Shown piece by piece: positions 9,143-18,601 of a stretch of 41,523 bases of DNA; the stretch's first letter is position 1, and each line of letters starts with the position of its first letter. The stretch comes from Deferribacterales bacterium. Lineage in GTDB: Bacteria; Chrysiogenota; Deferribacteres; Deferribacterales; Geovibrionaceae. Under the pieces are notes generated by a model. That model was not told where the DNA came from, did no database searches, and saw nothing but the letters and a program-made list of their open reading frames with translations. The stretch covers positions 1 to 41,523 of the forward strand of contig JBFWJG010000016.1 of the NCBI GenBank assembly GCA_050253335.1, read 5' to 3'. Made by a program: the position numbers and the translations under genes.

Positions 9143-9876
9143 CTCCTGTTTCCGCAGGTTGCGCACCCGGGGCTGCGTTTCAGTTCAATGTGTCTGGTTC
9201 TGTTGTCTGCCATGTCCATGTGGAACATTCTGCTGCCCAGCGGCTCGCCGAAGCCGGTTATAAGCTTGACAGCCTCGATAGCAGCCAGACATCCTATTGT
9301 CCCTGAAACAGCGCCGAGAACGCCGAATCCGAACTCCTGCCAGTCATCCACATCTTTTTCCACCATGCAGTCAAGGCAGGCGGTTTTTCCGGGGGTTACA
9401 GTGAAAAGATAGCCCGTCATTCCGTCCATTGCGGCTTCTATCATAGGGATATTCCCGCTCACACATGCCCTGTTGAGGTTTTTGCGTTCATAGAAAGTCG
9501 GTCTGGCGGATACTGCGGCCTGACAGCCTTTTATGAGCTCTGGCGTGTTCTCCGGCAGGAGACGCACATTGTGCAGTTCCAGTTCCATATCCGGATTAAG
9601 CTTTCTGAAAGATTCAGCGGCGATGTCCACCCTCGGTTCGCCAATTCGCGCGCAGTCCATGAGTATCTGGCGGTTCATGTTGGTTTCCGTGAGGTTGCCG
9701 TAGTGAGCAATGACAAGCCTGCCTATCCCCGCCATAGCCAGATAAGCCGCGGCAGTTCCGCCCAGACCGCCTATTCCGCCAATGAAAACGCTGGCGTCTT
9801 TCAGTTTTATCTGCGCTTCCTCTCCGAAATTGTCCATTATCATCTGTCTTTTATATCTTTTGAAATAATTTTCCAT
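9139..9876 (-). CDS. hesA: HesA/MoeB/ThiF-family adenylyltransferase (HesA-type)
   Basis: ATG at 9876 after GGAGG; RYKRQ, GIGGLGG, NMNRQ, CLDC and CATC Zn ligands; EAAMDGM and GFGVLGAVSGT resemble cyanobacterial HesA as recalled. Confidence 0.8.
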   Translation of the reverse strand: MENYFKRYKRQMIMDNFGEEAQIKLKDASVFIGGIGGLGGTAAAYLAMAGIGRLVIAHYGNLTETNMNRQILMDCARIGEPRVDIAAESFRKLNPDMELELHNVRLLPENTPELIKGCQAAVSARPTFYERKNLNRACVSGNIPMIEAAMDGMTGYLFTVTPGKTACLDCMVEKDVDDWQEFGFGVLGAVSGTIGCLAAIEAVKLITGFGEPLGSRMFHMDMADNRTRHIELKRSPGCATCGNRS

Positions 9877-10172
9877 TTTGCCTCCGGAAGAAAATTTTAC
9901 AGCAATAACCACACAGGGGCAACCCTGCTTATGCGGCACAAAAATGTCCGAATTTCTGTTCGGGATTATCAATATGGATGTAATATTTATTCCAAGCTAT
10001 AACTTATTGATAACAATGATTAATTAAATATAATGTAAAAAACTGTGATAAGAAATAAAAAAAATATGAAAATTCTGATTGAACTATTATAGAAGTGATC
10101 TATCTTTACAATATAAACAGACTTTTCCGCGGGTAAAACCGCATATTTCCCCTGTAGGTTATATTATGGAAT

Positions 10173-10196
10173 AGCAGGCCGCAAGGCCTGCTTTTC
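10173..10196. terminator. Intrinsic terminator-like hairpin downstream of cysS
   Basis: AGCAGGCC-GCAA-GGCCTGCT perfect 8-bp stem; the T run lies on the + strand. Confidence 0.75.
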
Positions 10197-10200
10197 ATTT

Positions 10201-11637
10201 TTAGTCCCTTATCTTTTTTGCTCTGAATTTTGTTCCAAGAGGAGTGTCAAGAAGCTCTATCCCTTTTGCTGAGAGAGATTTGCGTATCTCGTCCGCACGC
10301 TCAAAGTTCTTCTCCTTTCTTGCGCTCTGTCTTTCCTCAATCATCTGCTCAAGCTCGCCTAACGGTATCTCAAGATTAGCCTTAAACCATTCCTCAGGAG
10401 TTTTCACTATGACTCCGAGCACTTCCTGAACTGTTCCGAAAACTTTTTCCGCAGTTTTGCGCAGAGCCTCCAGCGAATCCTTGTCCGGCTTTTCGGCGAG
10501 TATTTTGTTTATTTTTCTGACGGCTTCAAATATGGCGGCTAAAGCCACGGGAGTATTGAAATCATCATTCATGGCGCGTTCAAATTCCGCCAGAAATTCG
10601 CCGGCGGCAGTCTCAGCATCGCTGACAGCGTTTACGCCTTTTTTTCCGGCGCTGAAGCCGTTAAGCTCGTCAAGCATTGTGTAAATTCTGTCCAGCGAGC
10701 TTTCGGCGTCTTTCAGCTTTTCATCGCTGAAATCAAGGGCGCTTCTGTAGTGCGTGGTGAGGAGAAAGAAGCGGACAATCTCGGGGTCAAACTTTGCCGT
10801 GACATCTCTGATAGTGAAGAAGTTGCCGAGGGATTTGGACATCTTCTCCTCATTGATGTTCACAAATCCGTTGTGCATCCAGTAACGGGCAAATTCGCAA
10901 CCGCATGCCGCTTCAGACTGGGCTATTTCGTTTTCGTGGTGGGGGAAAACAAGGTCTTTGCCTCCGCCGTGTATGTCAAAGGGGAGGCCGAGGATTTTCT
11001 CGCTCATTACGCTGCACTCAATGTGCCAGCCCGGCCTGCCGGGTCCCCATGGGCTCTCCCATGAGGGTTCGTTCGGCTTGGAGCTTTTCCAGAGAACGAA
11101 GTCATAAGGGTTTTCCTTGCGCTCATTCACTTCGACCCTTGCGCCCGCCGTCATTTCGTCAAGGCGGCGGTGGGAAAGCTTGCCGTATTCGCTGAAGCTT
11201 TCCACCCTGTAATACACATCGCCGTCTGAAACATATGCGTGGCCTTTGGCTATGAGGTTTTCGCACATGGCGATCATTTCGGGGATGAAGTCGGTGGCCT
11301 TAGGCGCTTTGTCCGGCCTTTTAACATTGAGGGAATCCATATCGGCATCGTGGGCTTCCATGTAGGTTCTGGTGAGTTCGCGCCACTCAGTGCCGGATTC
11401 GTTGCTTCTTTTTATGATTTTGTCGTCTATGTCCGTAAAGTTTTTCACGAAGGTGACATCATAGCCGCTGAAGGCAAGGTAACGGCGTATGACATCAAAA
11501 ACCACTGCGCTTCTGGCGTGGCCTATGTGGCAGAGATCGTAAACAGTGACCCCGCACACGTACATGCCGACTTTTTTGCCGTGAACAGGCTGAAAATTTT
11601 CTTTCTCTTTCTTTAATGTATTGAAAACCCTGAGCAT
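10201..11637 (-). CDS. cysS: Cysteine--tRNA ligase
   Basis: CGVTVYD, HIGH, GRPGWHIEC, DIHGGGKDLVFPHHENE, KMSKS. Confidence 0.98.
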   Translation of the reverse strand: MLRVFNTLKKEKENFQPVHGKKVGMYVCGVTVYDLCHIGHARSAVVFDVIRRYLAFSGYDVTFVKNFTDIDDKIIKRSNESGTEWRELTRTYMEAHDADMDSLNVKRPDKAPKATDFIPEMIAMCENLIAKGHAYVSDGDVYYRVESFSEYGKLSHRRLDEMTAGARVEVNERKENPYDFVLWKSSKPNEPSWESPWGPGRPGWHIECSVMSEKILGLPFDIHGGGKDLVFPHHENEIAQSEAACGCEFARYWMHNGFVNINEEKMSKSLGNFFTIRDVTAKFDPEIVRFFLLTTHYRSALDFSDEKLKDAESSLDRIYTMLDELNGFSAGKKGVNAVSDAETAAGEFLAEFERAMNDDFNTPVALAAIFEAVRKINKILAEKPDKDSLEALRKTAEKVFGTVQEVLGVIVKTPEEWFKANLEIPLGELEQMIEERQSARKEKNFERADEIRKSLSAKGIELLDTPLGTKFRAKKIRD

Positions 11638-11654
11638 TCCATACCTCTCATTAA

Positions 11655-12434
11655 TCAGCGGTAGATGCAGGCCTCAAGAAGCTTTTTGGTGTATTCTTCC
11701 TGCGGTCTGCGGATCACTTCTTCCGCTGTTCCTCTTTCCACAATTTTACCCTTGTTCATCACAATGACTTCATCGCAAAGGAATGTTACCACAGCGAGGT
11801 CATGGGAAATGAGGACAAGAGTTATATTATTTTCTTTTGTCAGTTTTTTCAACAGGTTCAGTATCTGTGCCTGAACAGAAACATCCAGCGAGCTCACGGG
11901 TTCGTCAGCCACAACAATTTCCGGCTCAAGGCTGAGAGCGCGGGCTATCGCTACCCTTTGTCTCTGCCCGCCGGAAAACTCATGGGGAAACCTGTCCAGA
12001 TGCTCCTTCTCAAGGCCGACCATCTCCATGAGCGCTTCGCACTTTGCTCTTATCTCCGCCTTGGAGAGGGGGGAGTGCGCCGCTATGCCGTCATACATAG
12101 CGGAAAAAACGGTCAGCTTGGGGTTCAGGCTGGTGTACGGATCCTGAAAGATCATCTGCACGTTTTTTCTGTATTCCCCGTAATTTTTGCCGAGGGAGCG
12201 GATGTCTTCGCCTTTGTAAAGCACTTCGCCTGAGTCGGGGCGGATTATATCGCAGATTATTTTTGCGGTGGTTGTCTTTCCGCTGCCTGATTCACCGACG
12301 ATTCCGAGGGTTTTTCCGCGCTCAAGGGCGAGGCTTATTCCGTCCGCCGCTCTGAAGCTTGTGCCTGAGCCTGCGAAAAGCCCCTCAAAGGCTGTGTAGA
12401 TTTTGGTTGCGTTTTTAAGTTCCAGCAGATTCAT
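11655..12434 (-). CDS. Peptide/nickel ABC transporter ATP-binding protein (OppF/DppF-like)
   Basis: GESGSGKT, QMIFQDP, FSGGQRQR, ADEPVSSLD, SHDL. Confidence 0.93.
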   Translation of the reverse strand: MNLLELKNATKIYTAFEGLFAGSGTSFRAADGISLALERGKTLGIVGESGSGKTTTAKIICDIIRPDSGEVLYKGEDIRSLGKNYGEYRKNVQMIFQDPYTSLNPKLTVFSAMYDGIAAHSPLSKAEIRAKCEALMEMVGLEKEHLDRFPHEFSGGQRQRVAIARALSLEPEIVVADEPVSSLDVSVQAQILNLLKKLTKENNITLVLISHDLAVVTFLCDEVIVMNKGKIVERGTAEEVIRRPQEEYTKKLLEACIYR

Positions 12435-12535
12435 GATGATATATTACACAAAGAAACGCACAGGGCAAAGGCATTTTCCCCTTTGCGAAAAATCAGTATT
12501 CATTTATCATGCCTGAAAGCGGAGGTAGTGAACGG

Positions 12536-13027
12536 ATGGAAAAAATCAATATTGTCTCTGAACTGGAAAACCTGTGCAAAGCTTCAGACACTGTGAGCAA
12601 GGGGAGTTCCTTCAGGCCTTTTAAATATTACAAAAGCGTGCAGGGCAGAAATGTTCCCGTCTTCTTTGTGGGGGTTCCCGGGCTGACGGTGGCCATAGTC
12701 ATGTCCATTCTGCTTGTTATCACTGTGTATCTGGTCACCCTGCCTTTCAATGTGTTCATCTGGGCGGCTCATCTGTTTCTTGCGGCTGTCATAATCCGCT
12801 TTGCTCTCAAGGTGGACAAGGCAAAGCAGATCCGCTACATGGTCTCCTGTCTTTGCAGGCAGTCTATTGTTATGCTGGAAAAAGCCAATGAGGACGCAAA
12901 ACAGCGGGAAAAGCTCGCCGGACAGGCGAAATATCTTCTTGAACGCGCCCACAAATGGGTGGATGAACCCGCCATTCACAAGCAGATTGAAGAACTTAAA
13001 CCTTATAAAAGCGTGGTGTTCGAGTAG
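12536..13027 (+). CDS. Hypothetical membrane protein (two predicted TM helices)
   Basis: ATG at 12536 after GGAGG; hydrophobic stretches LTVAIVMSILLVITVYLV and VFIWAAHLFLAAVIIRF. Confidence 0.7.
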   Translation: MEKINIVSELENLCKASDTVSKGSSFRPFKYYKSVQGRNVPVFFVGVPGLTVAIVMSILLVITVYLVTLPFNVFIWAAHLFLAAVIIRFALKVDKAKQIRYMVSCLCRQSIVMLEKANEDAKQREKLAGQAKYLLERAHKWVDEPAIHKQIEELKPYKSVVFE

Positions 13028-13077
13028 ATAAATAAACGCCGTACATCTCACGCGTGCGGCATCTCTCAAATGTTTCT

Positions 13078-13145
13078 GTCATTCTGAATGAAGTGAAGAA
13101 TCTCTTATTGATTATACAGGTACTCTTCGCTGCCGCTCTGGTGAC
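13078..13145. repeat. Degenerate REP-like intergenic inverted repeat
   Basis: Left arm GTCATTCTGAATGAAGTGAAGAATCT; right arm CTCTTCGCTGCCGCTCTGGTGAC (reverse complement GTCACCAGAGCGGCAGCGAAGAG); a related partial copy starts at 19080. Confidence 0.5.
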
Positions 13146-13170
13146 GAAGAGCAGAAACGGCTGAACAAAC

Positions 13171-13194
13171 TGAGGCGGTGTTTCCACCGCCTCA
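13171..13194 (-). terminator. Intrinsic terminator of pckA
   Basis: TGAGGCGGTG-TTTC-CACCGCCTCA perfect 10-bp stem 6 nt after the pckA stop; GTTTGTT follows on the minus strand. Confidence 0.8.
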
Positions 13195-13200
13195 TATCCG

Positions 13201-14790
13201 TTAAAGGGTAGGTCCGCCTTTTGTAATTTCGGGGTCCATTCCGTCTTCAAATTTCTTGAAATTTTCCGCGAACTTGGAAGCAAGGTTTCTGTGCATATCA
13301 TCATATGCCTGCCTGCTTGACCATCCGAAGGAGGGATCAAGAACTTCCGCAGGTACGCCGGGGATAAACTGAGGAATGCCGAATCCGAAAACGGGGTCGG
13401 TTTTGAACTCAGTTTTGTTCAGCTCTCCTGTGAGGATGGCTTTTATTATCGCCCTTGTGTACTTGATGGAGAAGCGTTTGCCCACTCCGTAGGGTCCGCC
13501 TGTGAGACCTGTGTTAACAAGCCAGCACTGAACGTTTTTCTCTTTGATTTTGTCGCCGAGAAGTTTTGCGTAAACGGACGGGTGCCATACCATGAAAGGC
13601 GCGCCGAAGCATGTTGAGAAAACCGCTTTGGGCTCCGTAACCCCTTTTTCCGTACCCGCAACTCTTGCTGTGTAGCCGGAGATGAAGTGGTACATAGCCT
13701 GAGGAATGCTGAGCCTTGAAACAGGGGGAAGCACTCCGAACGCATCGTATGTAAGGAAAATTACGTTTTTGGGGTGGCTGCCCTTGCCTGATTCCACAAT
13801 CTTGGGAAGCTGGCTCAGGGGGTAGGATGCCCTTGTATTTTCCGTAAGGCTGTTATCGTCAAGATCGATCGCTCTTGAAGTCATGTCAACAGCGACGTTC
13901 TCAAGGATAGTGCCGAATTTTCTTGTGCATTCGTAGATATCGGGCTCTGCTTCTTTGGAAAGGTTGATAACCTTTGCGTAGCAGCCGCCTTCTATGTTGA
14001 AAACGCCGTCACTGTTCCAGCCGTGCTCATCATCGCCGATGAGGTATCTTTCGGGGTCAGTGGAAAGGGTGGTTTTGCCCGTTCCTGAAAGACCGAAGAA
14101 TACGGCTGTGTCCCCTTCTTCGCCTATGTTGGCGGAGCAGTGCATACTCATTACGCCCTGTTTGGGGAGCAGGTAGTTCATAACGGTGAAGATCGATTTT
14201 TTGATCTCTCCCGCGTAGCTTGTACCGCCGATGATGACGATTTTTCTTTTAAAGTTTACAATGATGAAGGTTTCGGAGTTTGTTCCGTCCTCTTCGGGAA
14301 CCGCATGGAAGCGGGGGCAGTTTACCACCGTGAAGTCGGGTGCGAAGTTTTTAAGAACTTCCTGATCCCTTTCGGTGATGAACATATTTCTCGCAAAAAG
14401 GCTGTGCCATGCTGTTTCGGTGATGACGCGCACTTTCAGTCTGGTGTTTGCGTCTGCGCCTGCGTAGCATTCCTGAACGAAAACCTCTTTCGTCTGCAGG
14501 TATGATGCCATTTTGCTGAAGAGCTTGTCAAACTGCGCTTCGGTGAACTTTTTGTTATCTTTTGACCAGTAGATGTCGTTGGTCGTAGTAGGCTCATCCA
14601 CCACGAATTTATCGTTGGGCGAGCGGCCGGTATGGTGTCCGGTTCTGGCTACAACTGGGCCGAGATGAGAGAGGATAGCTTCCTTCCTCATGATAATCTG
14701 CTCATAAAGGGCGGGCGTAGGCAGATTCCAGTTTATCCGAGCCAGGTTCCTGAAACCGTACTCCTCAAGTCCGGTGTGTTCGGTTTTCAT
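13201..14790 (-). CDS. pckA: Phosphoenolpyruvate carboxykinase (ATP)
   Basis: TGRSPNDKF, YAGEIKKS, MHCSAN, FFGLSGTGKTTLS, LIGDDEHGW, EGGCYAK; ATG at 14790 after GGAGG. Confidence 0.98.
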   Translation of the reverse strand: MKTEHTGLEEYGFRNLARINWNLPTPALYEQIIMRKEAILSHLGPVVARTGHHTGRSPNDKFVVDEPTTTNDIYWSKDNKKFTEAQFDKLFSKMASYLQTKEVFVQECYAGADANTRLKVRVITETAWHSLFARNMFITERDQEVLKNFAPDFTVVNCPRFHAVPEEDGTNSETFIIVNFKRKIVIIGGTSYAGEIKKSIFTVMNYLLPKQGVMSMHCSANIGEEGDTAVFFGLSGTGKTTLSTDPERYLIGDDEHGWNSDGVFNIEGGCYAKVINLSKEAEPDIYECTRKFGTILENVAVDMTSRAIDLDDNSLTENTRASYPLSQLPKIVESGKGSHPKNVIFLTYDAFGVLPPVSRLSIPQAMYHFISGYTARVAGTEKGVTEPKAVFSTCFGAPFMVWHPSVYAKLLGDKIKEKNVQCWLVNTGLTGGPYGVGKRFSIKYTRAIIKAILTGELNKTEFKTDPVFGFGIPQFIPGVPAEVLDPSFGWSSRQAYDDMHRNLASKFAENFKKFEDGMDPEITKGGPTL

Positions 14791-14969
14791 AAACCCCTCC
14801 AAGGTTATTTTGTGGTCTGAAAAAGGCAAACGGATTCTAGCGGATTCCTTGTTTCTGATCTATAGAAAATCGTAATGATTTTGCATTTTTTTGGCATTTT
14901 TTTATACCCCTGTGATAAATATTTGACAATCAAGGCTTTTGGATGCTGAAAGGCTTTTAAATTAAGGTA

Positions 14970-14998
14970 TTGATAATGTTAAACCTCTATTATATACT
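14970..14998 (+). promoter_or_regulatory. Sigma70-type promoter for HNH-alaS-Nudix
   Basis: TTGATA-N17-TATACT. Confidence 0.6.
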
Positions 14999-15061
14999 CG
15001 CCTGTTACCTAAACAGGCACATGTGTGCATATGTGCCTTTGCTTCTACCCCGGATATATTA

Positions 15062-15394
15062 ATGGACATACACTTTTTTGATACTGCGGATGAAAGTCAT
15101 ATCCGCAGGGAGAAAGAAAAAGCCCGTGAACTGCGGCGCAAACAATGGTGGCGCGGCAAGGTTGATCAGGGCATATGCCACTACTGCGGCAGGAAATTTC
15201 CGCCTGAGGAGATAACTATGGATCACGTTGTGCCCATAGCCAGAGGCGGAATGAGCACCAAGGGGAATGTTGTTCCCGCCTGCAAGGAGTGCAACAGCAA
15301 AAAGAAGTACCTGCTCCCCCTTGAGTGGGAGGATTATCTCAGCGGATTCAAAGATAAGGAGAACATAGATGACAGGCAGCGAGATCAGAGCTAA
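15062..15394 (+). CDS. Small HNH endonuclease-family protein
   Basis: CHYC...TMDHVVPIARGG...NVVPACKECN. Confidence 0.88.
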   Translation: MDIHFFDTADESHIRREKEKARELRRKQWWRGKVDQGICHYCGRKFPPEEITMDHVVPIARGGMSTKGNVVPACKECNSKKKYLLPLEWEDYLSGFKDKENIDDRQRDQS

Positions 15395-18002
15395 GTTTCT
15401 TGAATATTTTAAGGAGAAGGGGCATGAAGTTGTGGCTTCGTCCTCTCTCGTTCCCCATAATGACCCCACGCTTCTTTTCGCCAACGCAGGAATGAACCAG
15501 TTCAAGGACACCTTCCTCGGGCTGGACGAACGCGCCTACGCCAGAGCGGCCACATGCCAGAAGGTTGTGCGCGCGGGCGGAAAGCACAACGACCTTGAAA
15601 ACGTTGGCAGAACATCACGCCACCACACTTTCTTTGAAATGCTCGGCAACTTCTCCTTCGGCGATTACTTCAAAGAGGATGCCATAAAATTCGGCTGGGA
15701 CTTCCTTGTGAACCGTATGGGGCTTCCCGCCGACAAGATGTTCGTATCCATATATCTTGATGACGAGGAAGCGTTTCAGATCTGGCGCGATGTCATCGGC
15801 GTAAAGGAAGAAAACATAGAGCGCAGAGGCGAGAAGGACAACTTCTGGTCAATGGGCGATACAGGCCCCTGCGGCCCCTGTTCGGAGATCCATATAGATC
15901 AGGGCGAGGGCACAGGCTGCGGCCGTCCCGAGTGCGACCGCAACTGCGACTGCGACCGCCATCTTGAACTCTGGAACCTTGTTTTCATGCAGTTTAACCG
16001 CGACGCGGACGGCACTATGACACCGCTTCCCAAACCCAGCATTGACACAGGCATGGGGCTTGAGCGCATAGCCTCGGTTGTTCAGGGCGTTACCAGCAAC
16101 TACGACACCGACCTTTTTCAGCCAATAATACAGTTCACGGCGGAGCTTGCCGGAGTTAAATACGGCGCAGACAAGGAGAGCGATGTTTCCCTCAGGGTCA
16201 TTGCTGATCACGCGCGCTCAACCACTTTCCTTATCTCTGACGGTGTTCTCCCCTCAAACGAAGGCAGAGGCTACGTTCTCCGCAGAATAATGAGAAGAGC
16301 GATGCGCCACGGCAAAATGCTCGGCTTTGAAGGCACATTCTTTAACAAGGTCTGCGGCTTCGTTGCGGACTTCATGAAGGGGCATTACATCGAGCTTGCG
16401 GACAAGAAAAGCTATGTCCAGAAAGTGGTTTCCACAGAGGAAGAGCAGTTCGGCAGAACCCTTGCCATCGGCATGAAGCTTATTGACGAGCTTTTTGTTA
16501 AGTATCAGGCTCAGAAACTCATTCCCGGAACAGAAATTTTCAGACTTTACGATACATACGGATTCCCCACGGATCTGCTTACGGATATAGCCGAGGACGC
16601 GGGCTTTGAGCTTGATGTCACGGGCTTTAACGCTGAAATGGCCGCCCAGCAGGAAAGGGCGAAAAAGTCATGGGCAGGAAGCGGAGAGGAGAGCGTATCC
16701 ACCATATACAGGAAACTCAAATCAAAAATCTCATCCGAGTTCGTTGGCTACGAACAGCTTGAAGCGGAAGAAACAGTCAGCGTCATCATAAAGAACGGCG
16801 ATACCTGCGACATTATAAAAGAAGGTGACGAGGCGGAGATTGTCCTTGAACAGACCCCCTTCTACCCCGAAGGCGGCGGCCAGACCGGCGACAAGGGCGT
16901 TATCAGGACTGCCACATCCCTTTTCCGTGTGACTGAAACCAAAAAGTTCGGCGACGGGCTGATTGTTCATCAGGGAGTAATGGAAGTCGGCTCCATAAAA
17001 GCGGGCGACAAGGTTTTCGCCGCTGTGGACGAAGAAGCCAGACAGGCAACGGAACGCAACCACACAGCTACGCACCTTCTCCACAAGGCGCTTCAGATGG
17101 TGCTTGGGGATCATGTCCGTCAGGCGGGGTCAATGGTTTCTCCGGACAGGCTCCGTTTCGATTTCAGCCACTACACTCAGGTGACAGCGGAAGAGATTGA
17201 AAAAATAGAAGAAATAGTCAACAGGCGCATAATGGAGAACAGAGGCGTAAACGCCGCTCTGGAAACCAAGGAAGCCGCCATGAAGAAGGGGGCTATGGCT
17301 CTCTTCGGTGAGAAATACGGCGATACTGTGCGCGTTATCGAGGTTCCCGGTTTTTCCGTTGAGCTCTGCGGCGGATGCCACGTTGACAGAACGGGCGACA
17401 TAGGTCTGTTTAAAATAGTTTCGGAAACCTCCGTAGCCTCCGGCGTGCGCAGGATTGAGGCGCTCACGGGCGCGGGCGCGGTTGAGCATGTCAGCCGCAG
17501 CGAAAGAGTGCTGAAAAATGTTTCCCTCACCCTCAAAGCGGGCGTGGAAGGCATAGAAGACAAAATAAGCGAGCTTTACGCCACCATAAAAGAGCAGGAA
17601 AAAGAGATCCGCAAGCTCTCCGACAAACTGAACTCCGCCAAAGCGGGCGACATGATGAAGGATGTTGTGGAAGTGAAGGGCGTTAAGCTCCTCGTTTCCC
17701 GCATGGACGGCGCTGATGTTGACTCCCTCCGCAATTTTGCGGACACGGCAAGGGATAAGATGGGCTCCGGCGTTGTGGTTGCCGCATCAGCGGACAGCGA
17801 AAAAGTTATGTTCCTCTGCGGGGTTACAAAAGACCTCACGGATAAGATAAAAGCAGGCAGCATCATAAAAGAGGTTGCCGCAATAGCAGGCGGAAGCGGC
17901 GGCGGAAGGCCGGATATGGCTCAGGCAGGGGGTAAAAACCCCGGCAAGACCGATGCTGCTCTTTCTGCGGTGAAAGGAATTGTTGAAGGAATGCTCGGCT
18001 GA
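15369..18002 (+). CDS. alaS: Alanine--tRNA ligase
   Basis: LLFANAGMNQFK, HHTFFEMLGNFSFGDYFK, DTGMGLER, editing HTATH/ELCGGCH, C-Ala GGGRPDMAQAG. Confidence 0.99.
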   Translation: MTGSEIRAKFLEYFKEKGHEVVASSSLVPHNDPTLLFANAGMNQFKDTFLGLDERAYARAATCQKVVRAGGKHNDLENVGRTSRHHTFFEMLGNFSFGDYFKEDAIKFGWDFLVNRMGLPADKMFVSIYLDDEEAFQIWRDVIGVKEENIERRGEKDNFWSMGDTGPCGPCSEIHIDQGEGTGCGRPECDRNCDCDRHLELWNLVFMQFNRDADGTMTPLPKPSIDTGMGLERIASVVQGVTSNYDTDLFQPIIQFTAELAGVKYGADKESDVSLRVIADHARSTTFLISDGVLPSNEGRGYVLRRIMRRAMRHGKMLGFEGTFFNKVCGFVADFMKGHYIELADKKSYVQKVVSTEEEQFGRTLAIGMKLIDELFVKYQAQKLIPGTEIFRLYDTYGFPTDLLTDIAEDAGFELDVTGFNAEMAAQQERAKKSWAGSGEESVSTIYRKLKSKISSEFVGYEQLEAEETVSVIIKNGDTCDIIKEGDEAEIVLEQTPFYPEGGGQTGDKGVIRTATSLFRVTETKKFGDGLIVHQGVMEVGSIKAGDKVFAAVDEEARQATERNHTATHLLHKALQMVLGDHVRQAGSMVSPDRLRFDFSHYTQVTAEEIEKIEEIVNRRIMENRGVNAALETKEAAMKKGAMALFGEKYGDTVRVIEVPGFSVELCGGCHVDRTGDIGLFKIVSETSVASGVRRIEALTGAGAVEHVSRSERVLKNVSLTLKAGVEGIEDKISELYATIKEQEKEIRKLSDKLNSAKAGDMMKDVVEVKGVKLLVSRMDGADVDSLRNFADTARDKMGSGVVVAASADSEKVMFLCGVTKDLTDKIKAGSIIKEVAAIAGGSGGGRPDMAQAGGKNPGKTDAALSAVKGIVEGMLG

Positions 18003-18555
18003 GGATATAAAAGAAGCGCTGGCGGGATATAAAAGACGTATCCTGCCGGAAACTTCCGTTAAGGCCGCGGTGCTGATGCCGGTTATTTCAGGCGGATGCG
18101 GAGCGGAGATACTTTTCACCAAGCGTCCCGTTATGCTCAATGCTCACGGAGGGGAAGTCTCTTTCCCCGGCGGGGTTTATGAGGCAGGTGACTCGGATCT
18201 TGAAGAAACCGCCCTGCGGGAAACCTTCGAGGAAGTGGGCATAAAAAGAGAGCAGATCACGATAATCGGCGCTCTGGATGACCAGCTTTCCAAGGCGGGC
18301 TTCCGTGTAACTCCTTTTGTGGGCCTCATAAACAAACCCTTTAACATGACAGTCTCCCCTGATGAAGTGGAGCGGATCTATAAGGTTCCGGTGGCTTATT
18401 TCACTGACGCACGCACATCATGGACAGAAAAATGGGTGAGAGAAGGGGAAGCCCGAACCGTGTATTTCCACAGATATGACGATGATATTATCTGGGGACT
18501 GACGGCAAAATTTCTGGATAACTTTCTTAGATGTATAAAAGCATTGGACATTTAG
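17980..18555 (+). CDS. Nudix hydrolase, CoA pyrophosphatase subfamily
   Basis: LFTKR...HGGEVSFPGG, Nudix box GG...ETALRETFEEVG, IWGLTA. Confidence 0.9.
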   Translation: MLKECSAEDIKEALAGYKRRILPETSVKAAVLMPVISGGCGAEILFTKRPVMLNAHGGEVSFPGGVYEAGDSDLEETALRETFEEVGIKREQITIIGALDDQLSKAGFRVTPFVGLINKPFNMTVSPDEVERIYKVPVAYFTDARTSWTEKWVREGEARTVYFHRYDDDIIWGLTAKFLDNFLRCIKALDI

Positions 18556-18601
18556 ACTTTTTTGAACTAACTTATCTTAAAACATTACGGAGGGGGAATC
18601 G

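Noticed and set aside
9978..9995. Sigma54 promoter for hesA (TTGGAATAAATATTACA, minus strand)
   Set aside because: Has the GG but AC instead of the conserved GC at -12; no TGT-N10-ACA upstream activator site seen
14911..14929. Rex-like operator upstream of pckA (TGTGATAAATATTTGACAA)
   Set aside because: Half-site spacing does not fit TTGTGAA-N4-TTCACAA; likely chance in AT-rich DNA
15062..15394. Restriction or Cas nuclease
   Set aside because: Small stand-alone HNH with no adjacent methylase, cas genes or repeat-spacer array seen in the window
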